A DNA stretch of 63,763 bases, filler included, from Craspedostauros australis (taxonomy: Eukaryota): assembly GCA_030167865.1 (NCBI GenBank). It is 10 parts of 10 records of this genome, joined end to end, with 100 filler letters (N's around TTAATTAATTAA, not from the genome) between each part and the next. Parts side by side here need not be neighbours in the genome. Positions count along the whole stretch, not along the records: positions 1 to 18,995 come from JALAGF010004738.1; positions 19,096 to 20,532 come from JALAGF010004740.1; positions 20,633 to 39,889 come from JALAGF010004741.1; 7 more parts are not named here. One strand, 5' to 3'. The notes beneath the pieces are model-generated. The model had not been told where the DNA came from, did not search any database, and saw nothing but the letters and a program-made list of their open reading frames with translations. Position numbers and translations under genes: made by a program. Below are positions 11,913 through 25,400 of this stretch, one piece after another; the first letter of the stretch is position 1; the number at the start of each line of letters is the position of its first letter.

Positions 11913-13300
11913 TGTCGGACTGCTCGATAACGTGATGTGTGCTGCGAAACGTGAAATGCGATTGATGGGACGAAGTGCGATGCAGACAGTTCGTGCAGCA
12001 GAGTATGAGTAATGAGAGAGGATGAGACCGTGTGTATGTTTATGCTCACACCCTGAATGTTTCGCCACACCTCTTCTCGGCGACTCACGCGTTGCAGAAA
12101 TACAGACGCAAACTGTTGGGGAACTTGGTTGTTTGTGGTGAGCTTTTCGACTTGCGCTCTCCTTGTGGTGTCGAACGCATTTTCACTGTTGTCGGAATTG
12201 TGAGATCAAGAATAGCAAGGACGCTCCACGACATCCCGACTAAAGTAACCGGGCCTTTTTGTTTACAACGACAGTAAATTACGCTTTGTGTTGGTCGGGC
12301 GGCATAATCACGTCCACCGATTCATTGCTTCGTGAACCATGGTGAGCCACTTGTGACATTCGGACATACTCGAGTCGACACCGGTCGTTGTCTTTCGCGA
12401 TGGCTCCTCCGTTTGACGTATCGCAGTTGCTTGTATCAATTGGGACCAAAACCGAATAAAACAGCGAACAGGCGCTTACTTGGGCCGTCGGAGAAGCACG
12501 GACTCAGAATGGCGAAACATGACCATGTTCTGCGACTTCAACGCCGCCCACGCAGCGGATACTCTTTTCAAGCGATTCCGGTGTCCCTGGGTGGCGAAGC
12601 TCTGTGGTGACGGGCAGGCCATCTCATCCCACCAACCACAGCGCCGTGTCCACGAGCTCTGGATCGTTATGGCGACATGTGAACACATGACACGTCTCGT
12701 CCAGAGGAGTTGCGACAATCAACGACCTTAGACACTCGGCAGCAAGTCGGGGTTCCCTTTAACCAATCACATGTCAGCAATTTTGTATCACGACATTAGT
12801 AAAAGGCCATGCGGAGTTGTTGTGTTTGGCATCAATTTCTCCCTTTAGAAAACCTTGAGTTGCAACAGAGGAACTCCCGACATTCCTGACAAAGCGCTCG
12901 ACAAAGCGCCAGACAAAGCGCTCTAAAGTCCCGACAATGACACATGATATCATGAGTTTATCAATTTAGTCGTGATGACCCGTGAAACATCAATAGTCAA
13001 ATACACAGCCTTTGATATAATGGATGAGGCCTGTTGGGTCGTACTCGACATTTTGCCGCGCGACCCAGCATAGCGAGGTACATTTGTCGTACTATTAGTA
13101 GTACGAGTTATGGCTGCATACTCGTAGATGGGGCGTTGGCCACTCGCCGCGGAGCGAGCTGCAACAGGGACCGCAATCGTTCATCGACCTTGTGATTTCT
13201 CCCCTTCCTCCACGCGGCGGCGGCAACAAGTGTCAAGGTTGTCGCTGAAGAGATCGCACGCTGCAAACACAGCGTGGGCTAGTCCAGAGATAACCTGGCT

Positions 13301-16300
13301 TTACAACGCATCGAAGTTCACCTCCGCCATGATCTTGTGTGCAGTAGTTACACACATGCGAGTGGCTGCAGTGTGCTTCATCATGCTTCGTTTCCGCCGT
13401 CGGCCGGTGCCCATTCCTCTACGCGTATCACCACCGACGCTGTCCTCAATCATGCCTCTATCAAGCAAGATTGGATATTTCTCCAGCAAGTGCTCCACCT
13501 TTGCCTTTGCTCCCCACTCGTTGTACAGCGAGATGGCATTTCCCAGATACTGTCGTGGCCAGTAGGACTCTATATCGTCTTCGCCCGTGCTGTTTGCTTT
13601 CCCCATCTCAATCTTTGCGCTGTGGTTGCTATCACCGGGTTTTGACTCGCGCGCAGCGTTGATCGGCGGTTGATTATTCAGAAAATATTCGGCGGCAAGC
13701 TCATTTGCCAGCGCTGTCTCATGGATATGACCAGAGCGAGCAGAGAACGAGATAGCCTTGTCGTAAGCTGCCTTTACAGCCTCTTCTGATTCCTTTCCAG
13801 AAGCCGCCATGGCATCTGCTTGCATGATCATGTACCGATGGAGAGAAGTTCCACCCTTGGTTTCGATGAATCCTCTCATGATTCGTATGTGTTGATTCGA
13901 GCGGCGGTAGTACTTCCGTCGTTTTCGGCTGTTGGGGGCGATTCGCTGAGCCAACCTCGACATGGTGAGTCCGGAATGGAATGCCTTGAGAGATAGGACC
14001 ATCATTGAATGCTCTGCCTTGCAAAGATGCTCAAGTGGACCGATGCACTTCTTTGCCACCTGTAGTTCGCCAAAGTATGTTGCCAACTGCATGCAACCCC
14101 AAAACTTGTACATCCACTTGATCCATTCTGAAGGATCAGTATCTTTCACCGATATCGAGTCAACCAGACTCTTCCAGTTTTCTTGCGTCAATGATACTGT
14201 GAGATCGTTCTTGCCGCACAAGATCATCGACATATCGTGGGCAGGCACACAGATATCTTCTAAGATCTTGAGGCCGTAGTGTTGTGCTTGCCCAAGCAAT
14301 GATTTCATCACTCGACACAGTGGGATGAGAGGTAAACCAGCCGCAGATGCGAGGATCAAACTAATTGCCCAGCATCGGTATGCTGACTCCGGGTCGCCTG
14401 TTTCCATTGCATCTTGCTGGCCTCGACGTAGATCGGCCAAGCACACGTGAACAGGCTGGGACCACGAGTCAACGAAGGTTTCCATCGCCAAAATGTAACG
14501 ACCAAAGAGGTATTTGGACTCAGTTACATCGATAATACGCCTCGACAAGGCAGCCAGCCGTTTGCCCAGACGTATCTTCTTGAAGACATTCATGAAGATG
14601 ATTCCAGCACAACAGAAGGCGTAGGCACCTTCTGCGCATAGACCATGTTTCAGTGTGAGCCGAACTTGTCGGAACAGAATGAAAATCAATGTCCCAATCT
14701 GGTTCGAGCAGTGAGCAGAGAAACCAGCATGCTCCAATATCTCCATTGTCAGCTTCATCTTGGGGTTCATCGTGACGGAGAGGTTCATGACCTCGTCGTC
14801 GGTGTGCTTGGAGAAGTAGGCGTTGATCTTCTGAAAATCCCTGAGAGCGAGGAATAAGTGATTCCTCACAGGGACCGTCTCCAGCAACTTGAGTGATTGG
14901 AGCTGGAGATCCAACGACTATTTGAATCGTTCCAAGCGATTCAATGCCTTGGCTAATGACAAGTTCATCAAGATCTTGTCCTCCATGGCCTGATCCGATC
15001 TCGTCACGATGGTCTGACACAGCATCAGTCCCTTATCGTAGTTGCCGAGGGTCAGCTCGGTCTCAGATAGGCTATGATACACATCCCTGCATAGATTGTG
15101 CTGCGTCTTCCATGGATCAGCAATCTTGATTTCAAGATTCGTCAAGGCTCGGTTCAGATACTTCACTGCTGGAACGAGTGCAGTGACACTAATCGCGAGC
15201 TGTCCTGCCTTGAGGTTGAGATGGACGAGATCGATGGCTGGGATGATATGATCAGAGACCGTGAGCGACGACACGTTCTCGAGGTGGTCCGCAGCCATGA
15301 ACCACATCCAGTCTTCACCCAGCATGGGATCAGATGCGATCTCCATGAGATGCTTGCCAATCCGATACTTCATTCGGTCCAGCTCGTCGCCTGGAGGGGT
15401 CAACGAGAAGGCTGCCTGTTGAATTCGGTCGTGGGCGAAGCGGAATGTCGCGCCCGAGTCGACAAGGCGCTGTGTCCGATCTGTGTCCGCCTCGATTCTC
15501 TCTAGCAGCTCCTCTTTCACTGCCATGCTCAATGCTTCACCGACACTCATCTCCGCCACTGCCAGGGTATTCCTTGTGCCAGCATCAGCTGCTTGATGTA
15601 CCTGACGCCCCTCCATTTCCCAATCCACCAGCGTCTCCAATAGAGACTGACGGAACGTCGATCGTAGAAACGACGCCATCTGCAAACACTTTTGCATATC
15701 CTCTGGCAGTGAATACAGCTTCGATATGATCAGGTCAACCACATTCGCCGATAGGTCCATTTCGTCAGCTGCCCGCTTTTCATCCCATTCCCACTGCATC
15801 GTATGGATGCTGCAAGTGAGAACCTTGCGACGGCGCAATCTCTCCAACGCTTGAATGGTGTAGAGCACGTTGCCTTGCGTTTTGTCATGAAGCAGCTTCG
15901 CTAGAGGTGCGGTTGTGATGGTATCCAACCGAAGTGACGATGCAAGAAGCTCCGCAGTTTGAGTGACAGTGAGATCGTTGAGAGGGATGTCATGGACGGT
16001 CTTTCCATTGGTTTGCCATTGCGAGACGGCGGTGGTGAGGTGATGTTGAGGGTCGTTGTGCACCTCGTTGGATCGATATGATCCAATCATGAGAAGGTTG
16101 CGGATGGATGGATCGAGGAGAATCTCTGTGATGAGCTTGAGCGATTGCCCATCGACCCATTGGAGATCTGTCCATGTGCATACAGTTGTGTGAATGTGAA
16201 AAATCAAAGATTGGGGGCGTGGTACAAGGGTGGTTCAGTGAAATGGTTCAGTGAAATGATAGTGTGCAGTGTGGTATGGCGTGGTAGTGCACGCATGCAA

Positions 16301-17598
16301 CGAAAGGTATGGGCGGTGGAAGCAAGTATCCGAGTCTGCAACACTATGCGCTGCCGTTGGTTTCACTCACCGTCCAGATAGAGCACGAGCGGGCGATCAT
16401 TCGTACAGATGGCTTTGAGGATCACCTTGAAACCATGTACGAGTTGAGGCCATTCCTTTTCTCTCGATCTCACACCTACGCGTTGGTCCGCATCGAGGAG
16501 CGATACTGTCGTCATCGATTTTGCGCCAACTGACTGCTCTTCGATTGACGATGTGGTGTGACCAATTGGTTTCGTGGTGGCGTTGTGGTTGTTGCGGTTC
16601 ATCATCCGGAATGGCTTGGAATGCGGCTGTGCCCATTCTTGTTCTTCGCTCGCACCGTTTCCGCTTGCAGCGATCTGGAGGTTGCTCTGGTAGTTGCTGC
16701 CGAACATATTGGAGAGGCCAGGAATGAGTTTGCACATGCGGTCACACTGGGTATCGTCCATCTTGTTTCGAATGGTATCCCGAATGCGGTTGCTCTCCGC
16801 AACATCATCGTCCTCGCCAGTCTCCCCGAGATGCTCGAAGAAACTAGACAGAGCATCGACGATGGCCGACAGGTTGCCCGCATTGTTGAACTGGTCGTAC
16901 TTTCCCTTGCCAACGTGGCATGGGTGCATATCCGATTGTCGTTTCTTTTTGTCGACTTTCATTTGTGCAACGGTATCGCTTCCATCTGACGCTGGTGGCA
17001 CAGTGCCCAAAGGAGATGTTTCGACACCCAAGCCCCCCAGGAAGCGATTCACCAACGCTGACTTCCCTGTCCCGGAGTATCCATGGATGAGCACAACCTG
17101 CGCCTCCGTGTTGCCCTTTTTCGCGCCGCTTGTGATGTCGTCACTGCTGCCGGCTGATGTCTTGGATGATTTGCGGCATATGCATGCATAGATCGAGTTC
17201 AGCCGTTCCAGCTCGTCTTCGCGTCCAACAAAGCGATCGAACCGTAGCCGATCCCACCGTCCGCTGCTTGTGCTGTGACCATGGTTATCGTCGGTGTCAT
17301 CGGGCTTATCGTCGTGATCCACGTCGTTGTGTTCATCATCCGGATCTGAGTGGCTGTGCGTATCATGGTCACCATCATCATGGTCATCATCATCATCATC
17401 ATCAATACTGTAGATGTTGTAGACATTCGATCCACGCGTTGAGCTGGCTGTTTCCTCCACCGTGTTGGTGGCAGCATCTGAAGCGGCGGCAGCATTTGTG
17501 TTCGTCTCACTCCCACTATGTCCTTGCGACAGCGAAACATGATGGCCACGGTTGACTGGTGGGATACGGAGGTCCTTTGAGGAGCGGCGAGTCGACAT
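13301..17598 (-). pseudogene. STAND NTPase-TPR paralog 2; exons 17598-16371 and 16167-13301; one in-frame TAG at 14918-14920
   Basis: FVGREDEL and Walker A GYSGTGKS. Walker B LYLDD-LQWVD is reconstituted by a phase-1 intron 16370-16168 (G|GTGAGT ... CAG|AT). Also FRFAHDRIQQAA and LYNEWGAKAKV. ORFs 14918-16207 and 13301-14914 share one frame, separated only by TAG (RLERFK*SLDLQ). Confidence 0.8.
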
Positions 17599-18995
17599 GA
17601 TGCCTTGGTGCTTTCCAGTTGTGATCAGGTCGCAGCGACGATCGTGGCTTCAGCAACCAGCAGAGTAGTCGTACGGATTGCGCTGGATTGTCATGTGGCA
17701 GGCATGTGATGGACAGTCATCGACGAAGTCTGTCACAAGTCTGGACTGCATCACTTTTGTTGGAAGACCTTCGCGGATTCTGTCCCAATGATGACCAACG
17801 ACACTCGTCAAAAAGACGCATTGGTCATCTTGAGGTCTTTCGAATGGACTGGTTAAATGCAACTATGGCATTTGATAAAATTGTGGCGAAGGCATCCCAC
17901 TGATCCAAGTTGAAGAATGTCTCTCATTTCTCAGCGTTTTCGCAACACTGTTGTAATACACAAGTTATACCTATTCTGCCGCAGATTTTGAATACGGACA
18001 TGTCGAAGGACAAACTACACGACGGTCATCCAGAATTAGACTACTCTACTGAAGACAGTAGAACAGGAAGATCATGTATTCGCACATAACACATGAGCAG
18101 TAGTCCAGTAACCGCGCATGGAACTCTACCACAGAAGGCTCTGAGAAGTAGCAACAGAGGCACACAGAGAAGAATACAGCGAATGTCCGTACGAGTGAGG
18201 CTACGATTGGTGCAGCTGTTGGGCTGAGGGGCCTTGTCCAGTCAAGAATTCTGGCACCAACCTTCTCTCCATTCGACCCAGCGCCTGAAACCCAGCATCG
18301 CGTCCAGTTCAGGCTTTGGAGCAGACGTTTCGTTTTGTAAATGATGATGCCACTCCGATCTGCACACAGCTGTCTCGCTAGCCGGCATGAGTGGTACCTG
18401 TACTACCTTCTGCAGTCTGCATTTTACTTCGTCTACAGCCTAAGGCACGATTTTGCCCACCTTCTTCCTTCAGTTCTCGACGGGGTGTGTCATGGAACTA
18501 AACGCTTCAGTTCTCAGAAGTCGTGGTTCCAGCATATTGGCTCTCTGCAATCGGAAGGTTCGAGACATCAAGGTGCCCTGCCATCGATGCGCTGATGGAT
18601 CACATGGTAAGAAAGTGGACCTCCTACTGCGCCACACATCAGAACAGAGTGCCTTGTCGGATGGTATGCCAATCCATCACCAGAGGCCATGGATCAAGAG
18701 CACACCTGTTGGAGGACTGAGAACTGACGCGGTTCAGATTCATCTGTACTATACATCCCAAGGTTCCTCTGCCGGAGTCTCAACGCGGAACATGTAATAG
18801 ACGATATCTTCACGAATGGTACCAAACGCATGTCCTTGCATGAAGCAAACCGAGAAGGGTGCAGATGTCTGCCCCTTGCATTCGTACTGTTTCTCATCAT
18901 GTATTTGGCTGAAGTTGCTGGTTTCGTGTTCCTCTCGTCTTTGTTGGCGCCAGTAAAAAGTGAGTTGTCTGTGCTGGTGCGCGTAGCGAAGAAAT

Positions 18996-19095
18996 NNNNN
19001 NNNNNNNNNNNNNNNNNNNNNNNNNNNNNNNNNNNNNNNTTAATTAATTAANNNNNNNNNNNNNNNNNNNNNNNNNNNNNNNNNNNNNNNNNNNN
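18996..19095. other. Artificial contig linker N44-TTAATTAATTAA-N44 (first of nine; 12-mers at 19040, 20577, 39934, 43673, 45988, 49185, 52042, 59072, 60889)
   Basis: Identical 12-mer with stops in all six frames, each time flanked by N runs for a total of 100 bp. Confidence 0.97.
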
Positions 19096-20046
19096 GAAGG
19101 AGGCGATGCGAGCACGAAGTGCCATTGCCGCGCTCTCACCATTGACACCATTGGTGTAAGTCTCAATGAGACTCTGATAGACAGCTCGACCGTCCTTGCT
19201 TGCTTGGTGCTTGCGAAGGAGCTGGTCACCACGCGAAGTCTTGACATGGAGGCTCAGAACAGAGTAGAGGTACCTGTTCTGCATGTTGTAGAACAACATG
19301 TCCGATGGACCCGGNTCCCACGAAGGATCGATGTGATACTCAAGTCCATGAGTATACGCGATCGCTTCGAATTGGCGCCGGAACGAAAGGAAACGCTTGT
19401 CATCCTTCAGTGTGGGGAATGCGAGGGCCTCACGCTTGACACCACGGCTGAACTCCTTTGTGAATGACTCTGGGAGAGCGCTCGACGGAGAGAATGTAAC
19501 ACTTGGCACAGGAGCACCAGCGATTGGAGTTTCCGCTGTTGCAACGCGCGCCGAAGGGTCGGTCACCGGAGTAGCAAATCTGCTCCGATCAGGAGGGGAT
19601 ACAGATTCGATATCCTCATCATCATCCACAGTACGGCGTGTGCGGGTACTGGGAGGAATGATGCTGACACCTCCTCGGGGATGGTAGCTGGCCGGGGTCC
19701 GGGGACCCGCGGTCCCGATGACGGATGGGTGCGAGATGTCGTACATGTCGACACTCATCCATTCATCGGGAGTCAATCGAGGTTGGAGATTGATCCAGCG
19801 TACCAATGCGAGGATCTTGTTGACAACAAGCACATTCATGGGACGGAATGTGTTGTCGTCGTCGTCGGTCACCTCGATTGCCANGAGGGCAGGCTTATCG
19901 AGATGAATNAGNTCCATNGCGTTGGCGATGCCGGCCTCGTTGAGAGCGCGACGTTGCCAAGAATGGGCCTGAATGCCAATGACAGACAAGACGTGGTTGA
20001 GTATGGTGTACTCGTTGGTGTCGGTGACGTTGGTGTTGGTAGCCAT
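19096..20046 (-). mobile_element. Ty1/copia LTR retrotransposon (diatom CoDi-like) gag, 3' truncated by contig end; 5' leader/possible LTR at about 20050-20532
   Basis: FSRGVKREALAFPTLKDDKRF...RQFEAIA...IDPSW.P...QNRYLYSVL...T.RG..LLRKH...DGRAVYQSL resembles diatom copia gag. Scattered single N bases suggest a collapsed multicopy sequence. Confidence 0.75.
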
Positions 20047-22413
20047 GATGGAAGCGTTCGGAGATGGGTGATGGGTGATGGTTGATGTGATGTGATGTGA
20101 TGTAGATTGTTTGTTTTGTGTTTGTTTTGTTGTAGTTGGCGGAGTGTTTGTTTGTTTTGTTATTTCTGGTTTCTCGCGTAGATCGCCGTGGGCGATGTTG
20201 TTGTACGATTCAAGAAATAGANNNNNNNNNNNNNNNNNNNNNNNNNNNNNNNNNNNNNNNNNNNNNNNNNNNNNNNNNNNNNNNNNNNNNNNNNNNNNNN
20301 NNNNNNNNNNNNTACACACTTGGACTGTGATGTCTGGAGTGTGGTGAGCGCGCGAGGGCCGAAGCCGAGTGGAGCTGAACGGTGGAGTCCGAACAGAAGA
20401 GTGTGTCTGCACAGAGGACTGGGCAGAGAGTGTCACGTCGTCACGTGAGGTAGCTGAGGATGCTTGAAGCAGAGGAAGTGGATATTCACTCGATCAACAC
20501 AGGTGTGGAGCGAGTGCGACTGTTAATCTGATNNNNNNNNNNNNNNNNNNNNNNNNNNNNNNNNNNNNNNNNNNNNTTAATTAATTAANNNNNNNNNNNN
20601 NNNNNNNNNNNNNNNNNNNNNNNNNNNNNNNNGCTTGCGCAAGGCCACCACAACATTGCTCCAACACTCTTTCCAACACCAACAATCATACACTTTTCAA
20701 AGGATCTCTGCCCATTAAATGTAGAGGAAAGATCCCAACCTGGATGCCAACGCCGGAACTTGTACAAGGATGGATGATCTTCATGGATGAATAGATGGGT
20801 GGGTGGGTCCTGTGCTGCGGCCAATATGGCATGCCCACCACCAAAGCAGATGCCCCATGAGTGAAGTTACCAAAGCTGCAATCTTGAATTCAACCCATAT
20901 TGCAGGCCACAGTGGTGACTGTGACCGACAGCAGCGTGTTTACGCCATTGTAATCAGCATTGTCATTTTTGTTATTGGTTTGCTGTGATGTGCGCATGTG
21001 TTGCATATGGCCGGTGTGCCAAGTATTGTGTACATTTGTAGCGTGAGCTCATCCTGCTAGCGAGCACAGACCTGTGGGTACTTGTACTCGACGACAGCAT
21101 CGATGCCATTGTCGATCTTGATGCCGATGTTGTTGTTGTTGTTTTCTGGTGTCACACAGAGACCCAGAATCTCACTCACAACTGTGTTCACAAAGTCACA
21201 GCCGACGACATGATACCAAAACGGATACTACTGACAGAAGTATCTCAACAGCCAACTGCTGTGTCGCCGTTCACATCAAAGGAACACTTCTGTCCTTGTT
21301 TTGTTGGGATTTTGTAGAAAACAATTTTGTCAATTTTGCTTATGTCTTGGTACTATTTGGGTGGCACTAGTAGTAAGCGACAACAATACTGAGCACACGA
21401 TAGTACCATAGCAACGATATCATGAATGTATCGATCGGAATCGTCGTTCTGTTACGACAATGAAGTTTGTCACGTCGAGATACTCAAACGGAGATACTGC
21501 ACGTAAATAATTACATTTCATTTGCTCAATACGTGATTTCTGAGAAAGTGTCAAAGTTCCACAATTCCTCGTGCGAAACCGACCACGCCATCCCACCGCC
21601 TCTGTCAGCGTTCACAACGAGAATCGATCCGACACGGAACAGATCGTCTGCGTCACACGGTTCCAAATGAGAACCCCAAGCGCAACAAAGCTCGGGAAAA
21701 TTGACTCAATCTCCCCTCAATTCACCCTTCAATGGGATGGCTTGCTCGTCGAAGTGATAAAGTCTAAGCCTTTTGATTGGCTGGAGTCGCCGGCCATGCC
21801 AAAAAATAGCCACTCGAACCCCTCTATTGTGTTTCAAGCGTGCATTGATATGTTTGGGTTGCCTCTGATGTGACTGCACCCAGGCTGCCCTTCGGCAGCA
21901 CTCAGGCGACCCAATCAGAAACAGGTGTCCAAACTAACACGCACATGAGTCACTTGGTGGAGCTATTTAGTTGCCTTTGATGTGACTGGCTATGTATCTT
22001 GGAGATTCCAAGAAGAAGAACGTTGTTTGCTTGGACGTGTCTTCGCCTTTGTTTTATCACACTATGCGATGTGAAGAGCGGAGGACGCTTCTTTTTCTCG
22101 ACACGAAATCGTGATAGACACATATGACTGACTAAACAGGACACAAGCCCAAGCTCCGAATGCGGGAACAACAATCTCGAAGCGCTTTGCCAATCCCAGC
22201 TGACAAAGGCCCCACGCCACCTCCTCCCACCAACTGGCTTCGAAATGACTTTCTTTGTGCGCGAGCTGCGCAGAGGTGGCCGGTACAACATAGAAGTTAC
22301 ATGGCCACGCCAATGGCTCGCGTGGTCTGAATCATGCCACGCCGCGGAGAGTAGTCAAGGAATCCATGCATTACCGCCACCACCACCAGCATTGATATCG
22401 CAGGAAACCAACC

Positions 22414-25400
22414 ATGTCGCAGACCGATGCGATCTCCAATGGCACGTCCTTCGTGTCGCGACGATCGCAGGATGGTGAGAGAAGGACGTCGAACGAGATA
22501 CCCGCCAAATCTCATGGCCCACTCGGCCCACGCAAACCACATCAAAGACAGTATCGCGGACAGGATTAGAAGCAACGCGTGCGCGATGGTTCCAACGCTC
22601 CAGAGCATGACTTTCAGCGCCTTCAATTCAACAAGGCGTTCTTCGGTCGCTGTGATGAGGTCGAACGCCTGCAATTGCTGTATGCCCGGACCTGCCAGAA
22701 GCGGCGCAAGCTGAATGAAAAGCGGGCAAGCACCCGGATCGTCCTCATCGAGGGTCTGTTGGGAACTGGCAAGACAGCGCTGGTGCAGAGCTTCCTCAAG
22801 ACCCTGCCGACATTGAGTGTCGCTGCGAGCATCGAGCAAGGGTGAGGAGAGCGCGATGCATGCGTCCGTCGCCTCCGACTCTCTTCAATCAACGAGAAAG
22901 GCCACGTTGTTTCTGAAACCCTGCCATTTGTGCTTTGGGAAGTTTGGCCAACCAAACTACACGAGTGGCAGAGATCGAAGTACTTCCACAATGGTTCCGA
23001 CAGTTCCGCAAGCCTCTCCTTCAATGGGTCCCGCCAGTGCCACAGCTTCTACAGGGAGCAGGGGAAAATGCTGACATATTGACAGCGGCTGGGAAAATGC
23101 ACTCATTTAGCGCAATTTTATGCCGCACATTTCCCAGGACTAAAAAACGAGTCCCATTGCATTTGTCAGGTATGATGCGTAGCGCTTTGTAAGAACTTCA
23201 CATGTACCATGTCGACTACTCCATGTGTTGTACAATGATACCATCAGCTTTGTGTGTCGCTATTTCCGAGACACGTCCAAGTCGTGTTGTCTTCGTTGTT
23301 CCAACAATGACGTCGACAACCAACTTGTCTGGGCAGCCGCCGGCCGAGTCGCTTGTGTTTCACTCATATTTGCGAAGAGCGTTTTTGGATTGTTCTCACC
23401 TAGTCGCTCCGCCCATGTACGTTTCTTCGCAAATCGGATTGCTGTTGTTGTCTGACGTGAACTTTGTCTCATTACCGCTTCTAGCGGAATGCAACAGAAC
23501 GTATTGATGACTTGTTGCTTCGATTGTTCGCCACTTCCACATGGGTCTTCGCGGAGGCTTCTTCGTTTGTGTTGGCATCCTTCTCATCTGATCTGACCTT
23601 TCAGCAATGATCACTTCAATGCAGGTCCTCGTCACGGTTGTTACCTCCCTCCTGTATTTGGATCCTGTCTGCATCGCAGCACCAGCAACTGCTACAAATG
23701 CTGCTACAACTATTGAGATGGTAGCNATAACTCGTGTGATTTGAAGTCGTCACTATTGTATTATATCTACTGTTGCTGTTGCCAATGTCGTGGCTGCTTC
23801 GTGATGGTGGTTTGAAGTCCCGCTGTCGCTGCAATTGCTGTGATCGTCACAGATGCCGTGGTTGATTTGGGTTGGCAATCCTTTGGCTTCTGTTGCTGAT
23901 GCCACGCTTTTCCGTGGACGACCGCATCCTCCGTGCTCTGCATACCACTACGATCACTCCTCCTTGCGCGTTTCGCTCCCGCGCTGTGGATCATGTACTA
24001 ATTGGCAATGACGATGCGGTGGCTATTTGGCACATGTGAATGGTTGCTGAGGGTTCCTTCACACTCATGACCAAACAATGCTATTAAGCCCATCACAGGG
24101 CATGTAATCGTAACATTCATGTTGTTGCGCGATGCGCAGATTGCACTTGGTGGTGATGGATGACTGCGAGCAGAGTAAGTCGGTGTGTTCAAGTGCATCA
24201 TGCGTAGAACAGAGCAGTCATGGTTCGACGATGGCGGAACAGCCTATTTGCACTCATGACTGATGCTACTGGTTGCCTGATCTGCACACTGCATGAAACA
24301 ACACAACGGTACTCGCAAAGGAGATGATGCAAAGAAATGTCGATAGAATGCGACCACCAGCACAAGCATGAGTGGCAAGCAAGACCTGTGGTTGTTTTCC
24401 ACGTATTCACAAAGGTGGAGAGATACAGAGTATGTTGGAGTAGAGCAGAGTGGAGTTGTGCAGCGCCCGTGTTTTGATACAAGCGAGAACGTGAAGAGCG
24501 CCAGCACAAGTTTCAGTGTGCCGCGTATCGTTTTCGGGTTGCCATCACCACATCGCCGCACACGAAAATTGCGCTGCGTACTCGAGTTGGCGTGCGGGGG
24601 AGCGTCACAGAAGAGGCGACGCGGAGAAATGTGCTGTTTGATTGTCGCTGGGACAGAACACTTGCAAGTTCTCCATGTCACACAGAGTCCCCAACACTGT
24701 CCGAGTATTTGGTGAAGCGCAAACATGCTATTCTCCGGTACCACACAGAGAAAGTTGTTCATTTCGTCCCCAGAAGACCATCGTCACAGACGTGGCGGAA
24801 AAAGAATAATGCTGTGTGCATAGTACTTATCCTGGAAAGATGAGGACAGCATGCTTGTTGCAATTGCGGAGTTGTTCTTCTCAACGTCATGGCTGCACTG
24901 CTTCCCCACGACAGAATAATCGCATGCGCTATGCGGAGAAAAAGAAGTGGTGCGACATCCGATGTTCGTGTTCGTTTCGGAAGAGCATGACAGATCTGCA
25001 TCGTGGCATACCAAGGATTTTCGCAGGGAAGCATGCATTTGTTCCGACCACAAGCATAAATATGCTTTGCAAACTAATTGGTCATGATGCAGCAACAAAA
25101 CGATTGTTGATGTGCTTCAAAAGTGCGCGACAGACCTGCGTTGGTGCCCAAGATGCTGCCCGCACGTCGCCTTGTGACCTGATTGCTTGCGTCATTGCGC
25201 ATGCGCAGTAAATGCACGACGTGTGTACATGTGCATGTGCAGGGCAAGCACATGCGCACGGAAAGTACATGTGCAGTGCATGCGCAGAAATCCCCAACAC
25301 GTCTCCTGATGTTTGCATCTGCGGTGGATTTCCCCAACTCCATGCATCTTCGCTTCATCCGCACAATTCCCAGCGATGGCCATTCATCGGCGCATCCGCA

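Noticed and set aside
12885..12925. Short tandem motifs (GACAAAGCGC x3 here; CAATCAATA at 571-607; TGTAGCCAA repeats at 52220-52490; TCATAATTTCATAATCT at 56940 and 57103)
   Set aside because: Too short to assign. No TIR/TSD boundaries could be established.
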